Source of the DNA: Cyanophora paradoxa CCMP329
Lineage: Eukaryota; Plantae; Glaucophyta
Direction: 5' to 3'
DNA: 31,839 nt
NCBI GenBank assembly: GCA_004431415.1
Contig: QPMI01000108.1
Coordinates: forward strand, 1-31,839
Both the position numbers and the translations under genes were made by a program. Below the pieces are notes generated by a model. That model did no database searches. It worked only from the letters and a program-made list of their open reading frames with translations, and had not been told where the DNA came from. This document shows positions 11,641 through 24,700 of the stretch, piece by piece. Each line of letters opens with the position of its first letter. The first letter of the stretch is position 1.

Positions 11641-13215
11641 GATTGAGAATCTCGCGGCCAGGCGCATGCGTAGAGCTTGTGAATTGCTTAAACAGAATCT
11701 CGAATGCGTAGAGGATCGATGTGCGCATGCAGGGCTACGGAGGCGAGGGCGCGCAAATACATGCAGGCCTGTCCAGGATCGAAAATTTGGCGTTGGCTGG
11801 ATATCATGCTCTGTCGCGTCCGCAGAGCTTGTGAAAGCTTTGAAAAGATGTTAAATACATACTGTAGCGACGGGCATGGGTGAGGACGCGAGGGCGTGTG
11901 GAAAGATGCGCAGGTCCGTCCAGGATCGAATTTTCGGGGTCGGCTGGGTCCTCGCGGTCCGGCGCATCTGCAGAGCGCGCGGAAGGCCTCTTCTACATCT
12001 CAAATGCATATGCTATTGATCCGCGCATGCGCCGCGGTGTCGGCGCGCGGAAAGATGTCCGGGGGTGTGCAGGATCGAATTTTCGCCATCGGGTACCTTC
12101 CTGAGCTGGCCCGGCTCCGAAAAACGGATATCTGGGATGCGCAGGCCCTGCTATGTCTATGCGCGCCAGTACGCATCGAATGCGCGCGCCGCGGGACCGG
12201 ACGGAACTGGCAGGATCAGATTTTCGGCCGACTCTTCGCACTGGAGCGTCGACGGCGGCCGAAATCGAGCTTGCAGCGATGCGCGCGCCCTGCTCTGTCG
12301 TTCTGCATTGCACTGGGGTGTCCCTGGCGCGCTTTCGTCGCGGGACCGGGCGGGACCGGGTCCCACTTTTTGGGGTTTTGCGATCGAACCGTGGTATACG
12401 TATAAATACCGGAATCGATCCGTCACTGCTCGCCGCCGGGCCGGAAAAAATTCTCTGCTCAAAACGTTGCAACTAGCCGGCTTGTGATACACAAGCACCG
12501 CCTGAGGTCCGCCTCTCGCCGACAGCAGCGCTCTGCGCGGCCCGCCGACGCGCTCCTAGCCCCCGGTAGCATAGTGGCAGCACCTGTGACGGCTTTTCGC
12601 TAGCTCGCGGCGCGCGACCCATCTCGCGTGCCCCGTCTTGTGACTTTCGCGCAGCCAGGTCGCTCGCAAGCGCGACCAACGTTCTCAGCGTGTTAGATAA
12701 GGTCGGGATCGCACCTTGCCGCGTCCCCGGGCGAGCCGTGTGAGCTTCGGACCGTCGGCAGGCGACGAGCACCTTCGGCCGCCCGCGGGGCCGGCCGGCC
12801 GCCCGCCACGAGCCTCGCATCGATCGTGCCGATCATAGCTAGTGCAGGCATCACTAATGAGTGCGTGGTGAAGCCCTGCGCGGCCCCCCTCGAGCTCGCA
12901 CACTCCGCGCCCTGACCGACCCGCCGCTCGCAGGCCCTGCGCCGCCGAGGCATCTTTAGCCGTCGCCGAGGCCGCTCACCGCTCGCCCGCATCGCTTAGG
13001 CCCGCGAACGCCCCGCCTGCGTGTCCTGCCGCGCCTCAGGCAGATGCGCGCTCGTGTGCAATCAAGCATGTCATGCGGTTCCAGATGGCATGGCTGCGAC
13101 GGCGGGGCGGTGCGGGCTGAGATGTCTAGCGCCATTAGGGACATCTAGAGCACGCGCAGAGCCCGCGTACGGGCGGCGGCACGCACCCCCGCCGCCAGCG
13201 GCACCTGCTCCAGTG

Positions 13216-13522
13216 GGGGGGTGGCACCTGGGAGATTCGATTTCGCTGCTTACTGCGAGGGCCGCCGGGCCGACGCTAACGCAGATCGATGCACAATTTA
13301 AAAGAGCATGCGCAGCTGGAGCGCGGCCCGGCGCATGCATCCGCAGCGGAGATCGCCTGCTTCTCCAGAAGGCTTGGGGTGGGGGCACCTGCGCGATTTG
13401 ATTTCGCTCCACACAGCAAGGGTGCGCTGGGCCGCTGCTAGCGCAGATTGATGCACACCTTGATAGAGCATGTGCGTATGCATCGCGGCCCGGAGGGGTG
13501 CATCCTTAGCGGAGATCGCTTG
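13216..13522 (+). repeat. Diverged ~162-bp tandem duplication inside the transposon
   Basis: ggcacctg at 13223 and 13384; gcggagatcgc at 13346 and 13509. Shared gatttcgct, cgcagat.gatgcaca, agagcatg and cgcggcccgg in both copies. Confidence 0.75.
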
Positions 13523-13638
13523 ATCACAGTCAGTGAGCTAGTGAGAGCTAGTGAGTTTCTGGGCGACGGGCTGGCCCAGCGGCCCGCTCTTTGAGCCACA
13601 ATCATTATCACATGTAGTTATATCACTGCTCCAAGATA

Positions 13639-14965
13639 CAGGGTGATCCGAAGTGTTTTTGGGCCCCACCGGTGTTTCGAGCTTTACTCGTAGGACCCTC
13701 TCTGGTACTTTCTAGTTTTCAAGTTCCAAAATGCCACACCGACCTGCTCATGATGCCTTATTGAAGCATCTACTCACTCAGCAGCGGTGATTTCACGTCC
13801 CCGGGGGTTTTCGAGGGTGCTGAAGACGATGGTGGTGGTACCGAAGGCCGCCGATTTAAGCCTGGATCCGAATTCAAAATCCACTGCAACTTGGGGCCCC
13901 ACATGCCCCCAGGACGATTCTCGCCCGCCCGGTTGCATACAGCGCCCGGGAAGCGAGATATACATCATGTATATGCATTTACAGCATTCTGCATGCTTAA
14001 CAGAGCGCTCGCTGGCCCAGACGGCGCAGGCGGGGCAGGTTTCTCGAGAATCACGATCTCATTATCAAGATCTCAGGACGCTGGCGAGCTACTGGCGCTC
14101 TACCGACAGAGCGCTGAACAGAGAGAGAAGGCGGGGCGCAGGGGGCCGCAGCCCGGGAGGGCCGCAGAGGAGGGGGGGGATGCAGCCCCGCTAAGGTGGT
14201 GGTGCAGTCTAGCTGCCCCTCTCGAATCCGCTGCTGCCACCTACGCCGCACGGAGCCTCATCGCTCTGCGCAAGAGCCGCGGGTGGCGACATCAGCGGGC
14301 GCACTGGGCGGGCGGGCGTGCGCGCGCGGCGCAGGCAGGCGCACCGATCTCCAAGAGCGCTCGCTGCTCCGGTTGCTGCTGCCGGCGCTCAGGCGCTTCT
14401 ATCGAGAACGAAAGCTCCTTTTCGGCTCCTTTTGCTGCGCGGAAACCGTTCAGCGGCGCGGTGGCGGGCGGGCGCGGTGGCGGGCAAGCGCGGGGCCCTC
14501 ACCTCGTTCTCGGCGGTCGCTCCTGAGCTTCCTGGACGATTAGCCAGCTTCACCGGCAGTTCTAGACGGTCGGAAAGTCAGCGCGGATGCGTCTGAGACG
14601 AAGCGAGCGGCGAGGGATGCGCACCGGCGTGACCGGGAGCCGCCACCGGGGCGCCGGAGCTCGGCGGTTGGACCGCGCTAGCTGCGACGCGTGGGGGGTC
14701 GGTCAGAAGATCCGCGGCGCGGCGGGCGACGCCGGTGCGCGGCGGGCGTGGATAGCACAGAACGAAAGAAGGGCATACCAGGTGCCTAGTCTTGGGCGCT
14801 CGCCCCTCGTTCTGCGGAGTCAAAGGAGGAAGCTTGAATCTCCCGCGTGCCCGAGCGAGCTCTCGTTGATCTTGTGTGGAATACGTGGCGTCGGCGCCCT
14901 TCTCCGCGTTCCGAGAGCGGTTGATGGCATCCTTGGACGGTTGACGATGCTCCGGCACCACCCTG
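13639..14965. mobile_element. Possible nested Tc1/mariner-like non-autonomous element (TA-CAGGGTG...CACCCTG-TA)
   Basis: tacagggtg at 13637-13645 and its exact reverse complement caccctgta at 14959-14967. Weak extension (cagggtgatccgaag vs cagggtggtgccggag). No transposase ORF and no empty site available for comparison. Confidence 0.45.
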
Positions 14966-15340
14966 TAGCCCGACGAAGGCGCGGTCTCTGCTGACGAGGC
15001 AGAGCGGGTCACGGGCCGCGGGCGGCGCGGGCGGGCGTTCTTAACGAGGAACCACTCTTTTTAGAACCTCACTAGTTGTTCCAGACGCTGCTGGCTCGAA
15101 AAAGGGGGCACGGGGCGGCCCGGGACGGGAACCGACCCCGAGTGGCCCGAAATCGCCCGGCCAGGCGCTCGAAGTGCTGTGGTGGGCTCTCCGATACTAC
15201 TACTGCGAGCGCAGCGCCCCCGGCGCTCACGCCGGCTTCCGGCCACGGCTGGTCAACAAAGATTTGGGGTACACCTCGCTTCGTTCTCCAAGTCGCAGAT
15301 TTCTGAGGGGCTTGGCGTGCAGTGCGTGAGGGAAATTCGA

Positions 15341-15787
15341 TTTTCGCGCGATGCCCACGGGAGAGCGATCGTCTTGGGTAAATTCTAGGGGAGCTATGAG
15401 TGCGAAAATAGATCAATGGAGCCGTGTAACTCTGTGTGACGTCGGAGACCGTTCGCCTTCATTGCGGAGGTCGCGAATCTGGACGCTCGGACGAATCGGA
15501 CTCGATTGGAAAAAAAATAGAATCGGGCGTTCACCATCGACCTACGGAAGAGGCTTCGCCCGAATTTTCGCGCGATGCCCACGGGAGAGCGATCGTCTTG
15601 GGTAAATTCTAGGGGAGCTATGAGTGCGAAAATAGATTATTGGAGCCGTGTAACTCTGTGTGACGTCGGAGACCGTTCGCCTTCATTGCGGAGGTCGCGA
15701 ATCTGGACGCTCGGACGAATCGGACTCGAGTGGAAAAAAAATAGAATCGGGCGTTCACCATCGACCTACGGAAGAGGCTTCGCCCGA
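15341..15787 (+). repeat. 224-bp near-identical tandem duplication of part of a unit, just right of the transposon
   Basis: ttttcgcgcgatgcccacgggagagcgatcgtcttgggtaaattc at 15341 and 15565. The first copy ends at gaggcttcgcccga (15563). Confidence 0.9.
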
Positions 15788-18700
15788 CAAGCCCTGGGCC
15801 CCTGCGGGTCCCAAACATCGGGCGAAGCCCTTGCCGCCCCTTTGCGCCCCCTTTTCATCGCTGCCCGTCGCGGCCCCGCCCGTATTTAAATCATATCATA
15901 TGAGTCGCCGCGGTCCCCGTCCCGGTCCCCTTATTTATCGCGGGCCGTCGATCGTGGATCTCGGTGGCTGGGTGGGGTAGGGTGGGGCCTGACGGAGGGG
16001 AGGGATCCTGAGAGGGAATATAATTAGGGGAAGTTGTCCTGAGAGGAGATGTGCTGAGAGGATATAATTATGTAATTAGGGGAATTAATATTGCTGGGGC
16101 TGAGAGAATGTAATGAGGGGAGGGGTGGTGCTGCCGCAGTGCCAATCAGCATGCAGCTAGCTGTTGAGCTGTGTAGTTGAGCTGGAGGCGCTGAGGAAAT
16201 TGACAGGAGAGTGTTGAGGGGAGGATTGAGAATCTCGCGGCCAGGCGCATGCGTAGAGTTTGGGAATCGCTTAAACAGAATCTCGAATGCGTACTACGGT
16301 AGAGGATCGATGTGCAGGGCTACGGAGGCGAGGGCGCGCGAAAATACATGCAGGCCTGTCCAGGATGGGAAATTTGGCGTCGGTTGGGTTGTCGTGCTCC
16401 GTCGCGTCCGCAGAGCTTGCGAAAGGCTTCGTCTAGATCTGAAATGAATACTCTAGCGATGGGCATGGGTGAGGACGCGAGGGCGTGTGGAAAGATGCGC
16501 AGGTCCGTCCAGGATCGAATTTTGGGGGTCGGCTGGGTCCTCGCGGTCCGGCGCATCTGTAAAACGCGCGGAAGGCTTTGTATACATCTCAAATGCATAT
16601 GCTATTGATCTGTGCATGCGCCGCGGCGTCGGCGCGCGGAAAGATGTCCGGGCTGTGCAGGATCGAATTTTCGCCATCGGGTACCTTCCTGAGCTGGCCC
16701 GGCTCCGAAAAGCGGATATCTGGGATGCGCACGCCCTGCTATGTCTATGCTCGCCCGTACGCATCGATTGCGCGCGTCGGGGGACCGGACGGAACCGGCT
16801 GGATCAAAATTTCGGCCGAGTCTTCGCACTGGAGCGTCGACGGCGGCCGAAATCGAGCTTGCAGCGGTGCGCGCGCCCTCGGCTGTCATTCTGCATCGCT
16901 CTGGGGCGTCTGTGGCGGGCTTTCGTCGCGGGACAGCGCGGGACCGGGTCCCACTTTTTGGAGTTTCGCGATCGAACCGTGGTATAAATACCGGAATCGA
17001 TCCAGGAGGGATTTCGATTTTCGCGCGACGCCCACGGGAGAGCGGTCGTCTTCGACGAATTCTAGGGGAGCTATGACTCCGAAAATAAATCAGTGGAGGT
17101 TGGCCGCCCGAAAGTTCTACTGTGTGACGTCGGAGACCGTTCGCCTTCATTGCGGAGGTTGCGAATCTGGACACTCGGATGAATCGGACTCGATTGGAAA
17201 AAAAATAGATCCGCCCGTTCACCATCGACCTACGGAAGAGGCTTCGCCCGAAGAGGCTTCGCCCGAGCTCGAGGCCCTGAGGGAATTGAAGGAGATTGTT
17301 GAGGGGACGGGCGAGGTTCTCGCGGCCAGGCGCATGCACAGAGCTTGCGAATCGCTTAAACAGAGTCTCGAATGCATACAGGATCGATGTCCAGGGCTGC
17401 GGAGGCGAGGGCGCGCGGAAATATGTGCAGGCCTGTCCAGGATCGAAAATTTGGCGTCGGCTGGGTTCTCGTGCTCTGTCGCGGCCACAGAGCTTGCGGA
17501 AGGCTTCGTTTAGATCTCAAATGAATACTCTAGCGATGGGCATGGGCGAGGACGCGAGGGCGCGCGGAAAGATGTGCAGGTCCGTCCAGGATCGAATTTT
17601 CGGGGTCGGCTGGGTCCTCGCGGCCCGGCGCATTTAGAGACTGTGCGGAAGTCTTCTTCTACATCTCAAATGCTTATGCTATCGTTCCGCGCATGCGCCG
17701 CGGCCTGGGCGCGCGGAAAGTTGCCCGGGGCTGCGCAGGATCGAATTTTTGACGTCGGGAACCTTCCTGCGCTGTTCCGGCTCCGAAAAGCGGATATCTG
17801 GAGTGCGCAGGCCCTGCTATGTCTATGCGCGCCAGTATGCATCGAACGCGCGCGCCGGGGGACCGGGAGGGACCGGCAGGATCAAAATTTCGGCCGACTC
17901 TTTCGACTGGAGCGTCGGCCGCGGCCGAAATCGAGCTTGCCGCGATGCGCGTGGTCTTGGCTGTCATTGTGACCGCTCTGGGGCGTCCGTGGCGCGCTTT
18001 CGTCGCGGGACCGGGTCCCACTTTTTGGAGTTTCGTGATCGAACCGGGGTATAAATACCGGAATCGATCCATGAGGGAAATCGATTATCGCGCGACGCTG
18101 ATGGGAGAGGGGTTCGCCGGGTACCAGTCACGTCTATGTCACGTCGGAGACCGTTCGCCTTCATTGCGGAGGTCGCGAATCTGGACGCTCGGACGAATCG
18201 GACTCGAGTGGAAAAAAAATAAATGGAAACGTTCACCATCGATCAACGGACAAGCCCTGGGCCCCTGCGGGTCCCAAACATCGGGCAAAGCCTCAGCCGC
18301 CCTCCTCGCGCCCCCCTTAATCATCGCGGCCCGTCGTGGCTGTCTTTGGGTCGGTGGGGCAGGGAGAGGGGAGGGGAGGTTTTGTGAGAGGAAATATAAT
18401 TAGGGGGGCTGTTTTCGATCGTGCAGGGCAGCTAGCTGTATAATTAATAAGAGGAGAATTAAGAGGAGCTCGAGGAGGCGCTGGGTCGGTGGGGCAGGGA
18501 GCTCGAGAGGGGAGGGCTGCTGAGAGGGAATATAATTATGGGGGGAGTTGTCCTGAGTGGAGTTGTGCCGAGACAATATTATAAGAGAATATAATGAGGG
18601 GATCCCAGAGGAGTGGTGTTGCCAATCAGGTAGCTGTAGTTGAGCTCGAGGCCTGAGAAAATTGAGAGGAGATTGTTGAGGGGAGGGGCGAGGTTCTCGC

Positions 18701-21700
18701 GGCCAGGCGCATGCGCAGAGCTTGGGAATCGCTTAAACAGAGTCTCGAATGCATACAGGATCGATGTCCAGGGCTGTGGAGGCGAGGGCGGACAGAAATA
18801 TGTGCAGGCCTGTCCAGGATCGAAAATTTGGTGTCGGCTGGGTTCTCGTGCTCTGTCGCGGCCACAGACCTTGCGGAAGGCTTCGTTTAGATCTCAAATG
18901 AACTCGGAATACTCTAGCGATGGGCGTGGGTGAGGATGCGAGGGCGCGCGGAAAGATGCGCAGGTCCGTCCAGGATCGAATTTTCGGGGTCGGCTGGGTC
19001 CTCGCGGCCCGGCGCATTTAGAGACCGTGCGAAAGGTTTCTTCTATATCTCAAATGCTTATACTATTGTTCCGCGCATGCGCCGCGGCGTCGGCGCGCGG
19101 AAAGATGCCCGGGGCTGTGCAGGATCGAATTTTTGACGTCGGGTACCTTCCTGCGCTGTGCCGGCTCCGAAAAGCGTATTTCTGGAGTGCGCAGGCCCTG
19201 CTATGTCTATACGCGCCCGTATGCATCGAATGCGCGCATCGCGGGACCGGGCGGGACCGGCTGGATCAAAATTTCGGTCGAGGGTTTGGACTGGAGCATC
19301 GAGGGCGCCCGAAATCGAGTTTGCCGCGATGCGCGCGCTCTTGGCTGTGATTCTGACCGCTCTGGGTCGTCCCTGGCGCGCTTTCGTCGCGGGACAGCGC
19401 GGGACCGGGTCCCACTTTTTGGAGTTTCGCGATCGAACGGGGGTATAAATACCGGAATTGATCCTGGAGGGAAATTCGATTTTCGCCCGACGCCCACGGG
19501 AGAGCGATCGTCTTGGGCAAATTCTAGGGGAGCTATGAGTCTGAAAATAAATCAGTGGAGGTTGGCCGACTGTCAGTTCTACTGTGTCACGTCGGAGACC
19601 GGTCGCCTTCATTGCGGAGGTTGCGAATCTGGACGCTCGGACCAATCGGACTCGAGTGGAAAAAAAATAGATCCGCCCGTTCACCATTGATTTACGGAAG
19701 AGGCTTCGCCCGAAGAGGCTTCGCCCGAGCTCGAGGCCCTGAGGGAATTGAGAGGAGATTGTTGAGGGGACGGGCGAGGTTCTCGCGGCCAGGCGCATGC
19801 GCAGAGCTTGTGAATCGCTTAAACAGAGTCTCGAATGCATACAGGATCGATGTCCAGGGCTGCGGAGGCGAGGGCGCGCGGAAATATGTGCAGGCCTGTC
19901 CAGGATCGAAAATTTGGCGTCGGCTGGGTTCTCGTGCTCTGTCGCGGCCACAGAGCTTGCGGAAGGCTTCGTTTAGATCTCAAATGAATACTCTAGCGAT
20001 GGGCATGGGTGAGGACGCGAGGGCGCGCGGAAAGATGTGCAGGTCCGTCCAGGATCGAATTTTCGGGGTCGGCTGGGTCCTCGCGGCCCGGCGCATTTAG
20101 AGACCGTGCGGAAGTCTTCTTCTACATCTCAAATGCTTATGCTATCGTTCCGCGCATGCGCCGCGGCCTGGGCGCGCGGAAAGTTGCCCGGGGCTGCGCA
20201 GGATCGAATTTTTGACGTCGGGCACCTTCCTGCGCTGTTCCAGCTCCGAAAAGCGGATATCTGGAGTGCGCAGGCCCTGCTATGTCTATGCGCGCCAGTA
20301 TGCATCGAACGCGCGCGCCGGGGGACCGGGAGGGACCGGCAGGATCAAAATTTCGGCCGACTCTTTCGACTGGAGCGTCGGCCGCGGCCGAAATCGAGCT
20401 TGCCGCGATGCGCGTGGTCTTGGCTGTCATTGTGACCGCTCTGGGGCGTCCGTGGCGCGCTTTCGCCGCGGGACCGGGTCCCACTTTTTGGAGTTTCGTG
20501 ATCGAACCGGGGTATAAATACCGGAATCGATCCATGAGGGAAATCGATTATCGCGCGACGCTGATGGGAGAGGGGTTCGCCGGGTACCAGACACGTCTAT
20601 GTCACGTCGGAGACCGTTCGCCTTCATTGCGGAGGTCGCGAATCTGGGCGCTCGGACGAATCGGACTCGAGTGGAAAAAAAATAAATGGAAACGTTCACC
20701 ATTGATCAACGGAAGAGGCTTCGCCCGAAGAGGCTTCGCCCGACAAGCCCTGGGCCCCTGCGGGTCCCAAACATCGGGCGAAGCCTCCGTCACACCCTTC
20801 GCGTCCCCCTTGTTCATCGCGGCCCGTCGCGGCCCGCCCCTCCCTTTGCCCCATTTAAATCATGAGTCGCCACAGTCCCCGTCCCGGTCCCCTTATTTAT
20901 CGCGGGCCGTCGTGGCTCTCGGTGGCTGGGTGCACGTGGGGTATGGTGGGCCTGGCGGCCGCGGAGGGGAGGGATCCTGAGAGGAATATAATTAGGGAGG
21001 AGTTGTTCTGAGAGGAGATGTGCTCAGAGAATATGATTATGTAATTAGGGAATTAATGTTGCTGGGGCTGAGAGAATATAATGAGGGGAGGGTGGTGCTG
21101 CCAATCAGCTAGATGTTGTTGACCTGGAGCCTCGGAGGCGCGGAGGAAATTGACAGGAGAGTGTCGAGGGGAGGACTGAGAATCTCGCGGCCAGGCGCAT
21201 GCGCAGAGCTTATGAATCGCTTGAGCAGAATCTCGGATGCATACACCATCGATGTCCAGGTGCAGAGCTGCAGAGGCGAGGGCGGGCAGAAATATGTGTA
21301 GGCCTGTGCAGGATCGAAAATTTGGCGTCGGCTGGGTTCTGGTGCTCTCTCGCCGGCACAGAGCTTGGAAAAGGCTTTGAAAAGAGCTCAAATGATTACT
21401 GTAGCGATGGGCATGGGTGCCGCAGTGCGGATGTGAGGGTGCGCGGAAAGATGCTCAGGCTCGTCAGGGATCGAATTTTGCGGGTCGGCTGGGTCCTCGC
21501 GGCTCGGCGCATCTGTAAAGCGTGCAGAATGCTTCGTTTGCATTTTAAATGCTTATGCTATTGTTCCGCACATGCGCCGCGGCGTGGGCGCGCGGAAAGA
21601 TGCCCAGGGCTGTGCAGGATCGAATTTTCGCCGCCGGGTACCTTCTTGCGCTCTTCCGGCTCCGAAAAGCGGATATCTGAAGTGTGCAGGTGCTACTGTG

Positions 21701-24700
21701 TCTATGCGCGCCAGTACGCGTCGACTGCGCGCGCCGTGGGACCGGACGGGATCGGGTATCAAAATTTCGCGGACTGGAGCATCGACGGCGGCCGAAATCG
21801 AGCTTGCAGCGGTGCGCGCGCCCTGCTCTGTCATTCTGTACTCCTCTGGGGCGTCCCTGGCGTGCTTTCGTCGCGGGACTGGGCGAGACCGGGTCCCACT
21901 TTTTGGAGTTTCGCGATCGAACCGGGGTATAAATACCGGAATCGATCCATGAGGAAAATTCGATTTTCGCGCGACGCGCAACGAGGGGAGTCAAGAGTCC
22001 GAAATTAAATCACTGGAGGCTGGCCGCGCGAAAGTTCTACTGTGTGACGTCGGAGACCGTTCGCCTTCATTGCGGAGGTTGCGAATCTGGACGCTCGGAC
22101 CAATCGGACTCGATTGGAAAAAAAATAGAATCGGGCGTTCACCATCGACCTACGGACAAGCCCTGGGCCCCTGCGGGTCCCAAACATCGGGCGAAGCCTC
22201 AGCAGCCCACCTCGCGCCCCCCTTGTTCATCGCGGCCCGTCGCGGCCCCGCCCGTATTTATTTCATGAGTCACCGCGGTCCCCGTCCCGGTCCCCTTATT
22301 TATCGCGGGCCGTCGTGGCTGGGCCGCGTGGGGTAGGGTGGGGCCTGGCGGGGCGATGAAATTAAAGGGGAGGGGAGGGATCCTGAGAGGGAATATAATA
22401 AGGTGAGGAGTTGTCCTGAGAGGAGTTGTGCTCAGAGAATATAATTATGTAATTAGGGGAATTAATATTGCTGGGGCTGAGAGAATATAATGAGGGGAGG
22501 GATGGTGCTGACAATCAGCTAGCTGTAGTTGACCTGGGGGCGCTGAGGAAATTGACAGGAGAGTGTTGAGGGGAGGATGGAGAATCTCGGGCCCAGGCGC
22601 ATGGGTAGAGCTTGGGAATCGCTTAAACAGAATCTCGAATGCGTAGAGGATCGATGTGCAGGGCTACGGAGGCGAGGGCGCGCAAAAATACATGCAGGCG
22701 TGTCCAGGATGGGGACTTTGGCGTCGGCTGGGTTCTTGTGCTCCGTCGCGTCCGCAGAGCTTGCGAAACGCTTTGAAAAGATGTTAAATAAATACTGTAG
22801 CGATGGGCATGGGTGAGGACGCGAGGGCGCGCGGAAAGATGCTCAGGCCCGTCGAGGATCGAATTTTGGGGGTCGGCTGGGTCCTCGCGGTCCGGCGCAT
22901 CTGTAAAGCGTGCAAAAGGCTTCATCTACATCTCAAATGCTAATACTATTGTTCCGCGCATGCGCCGCGGCGTGGGCGCGCGGAAAGTTGCCCGGGGCTG
23001 TGCAGGATCGAATTTTCGCCACCGGGCACCTTCCTGAGCTGTTCCGGCTCCGAAAAGCGGATTTCTAGGATGCGCAGGCCTTGCTATGTCTATGTGCGCC
23101 AGTACGCATCGATTGCGCGCGCCGTGGGACCGGACGGAACCGGCAGGATCAAAATTTCGGCCGACTCTTAAAAAGTTTCGAATTGGGACTGGAGCGTCGA
23201 CGGCGGGCGAAATCGAGCTTGCAGCAGTGCGCGCGCCCTGTTCTGCCATATTCCATCGCTCTGGGGCGTCCGTGGCACGCTTTCGTCGCGGGACCGGGCG
23301 GGACCGGGTCCCACTTTTCGGGGTTTCGCGATCGAGCCGTGGTATAAATACCGGAATTGATCTACGAGGGAAATTCGATTTTCGCGCGACGCCCGCGGGA
23401 GAGCGGTCGTCTTCGCCGAATTGTAGGGGAGCTATGATTGCGAAAATAAATCAGTGGAGCTGTGGTCAGGTGTGTATTATCTAAGTTACGTCGGAGACCG
23501 TTCGCCTTCATTGCGGAGGTTGCGAATCTGGACGCTCGGACGAATCGCAGAGCAGTGGAAAAAAAGTAAAAAAAATAAATCCGCCCGTTCACCATTGACC
23601 TACGGAAGAGGCTTCGCCCGAAGAGGCTTTGCCCGACAAGCCCTGGGCCCCTGCGGGTCCCAAACATCGGGCGAAGCCCTTGCCGCCCCCTTTGCGCCCC
23701 CCTTTTTCATCGCTGCCCGTCGCGGCCCCGCCCGTATTTAAATCATATCATATGAGTCGCCGCGGTCCCCGTCCCGGTCCCCTTATTTATCGCGGGCCGT
23801 CGATCGTGGATCTCGGTGGCTGGGTGGGGTAGGGTGGGGCCTGGCGGAGGGAGGGATCCTGAGAGGGAATATAATTAGGGGAAGTTGTCCTGAGAGGAGA
23901 TGTGCTGAGAGGATATAATTATGTAATTAGGGGAATTAATATTGCTGGGGCTGAGAGAATATAATGAGGGGAGGGGTGGTGCTGCCGCAGTGCCAATCAG
24001 CATGCAGCTAGCTGTTGAGCTGTGTAGTTGAGCTGGAGGTGCTGAGGAAATTGACAGGAGAGTGTTGAGGGGAGGATTGAGAATCTCGCGGCCAGGCGCA
24101 TGCGTAGAGTTTGGGAATCGCTTAAACAGAATCTCGAATGCGTACTACGGTAGAGGATCGATGTGCAGGGCTACGGAGGCGAGGGCGCGCGAAAATACAT
24201 GCAGGCGTGTCCAGGATGGGGACTTTGGCGTCGGCTGGGTTCTTGTGCTCCGTCGCGTCCGCAGAGCTTGCGAAACGCTTTGAAAAGATGTTAAATAAAT
24301 ACTGTAGCGATGGGCATGGGTGAGGACGCGAGGGCGCGCGGAAAGATGCTCAGGCCCGTCGAGGATCGAATTTTGGGGGTCGGCTGGGTCCTCGCGGTCC
24401 GGCGCATCTGTAAAGCGTGCAAAAGGCTTCATCTACATCTCAAATGCTAATACTATTGTTCTGCGCATGCGCCGCGGCGTGGGCGCGCGGAAAGTTGCCC
24501 GGGGCTGTGCAGGATCGAATTTTCGCCACCGGGCACCTTCCTGAGCTGTTCCGGCTCCGAAAAGCGGATTTCTAGGATGCGCAGGCCTTGCTATGTCTAT
24601 GTGCGCCAGTACGCATCGATTGCGCGCGCCGTGGGACCGGACGGAACCGCAGGATCAAAATTTCGGCCGACTCTTAAAAAGTTTCGAATTGGGACTGGAG

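Larger units (their letters stand above)
12424..15324. mobile_element. Non-autonomous CACTG-type DNA transposon (CMC/EnSpm-CACTA superfamily), 2,901 bp
   Basis: The empty site in sister units is atcgatcCGTgagggaaattcg. Here it reads atcgatcCGT[cactgctcgcc...ggcgtgcagtg]CGTgagggaaattcg. The 3-bp TSD CGT is at 12421-12423 and 15325-15327. The 11-bp TIRs match at 10/11 positions (cactgctcgcc / cactgcacgcc). No transposase-like ORF is recognisable. Confidence 0.88.

Noticed and set aside
12473-15306. ORFs inside the CACTG element as a transposase
   Set aside because: All are short (up to 211 aa) and low-complexity, with no DDE/Tnp2-like motifs visible.
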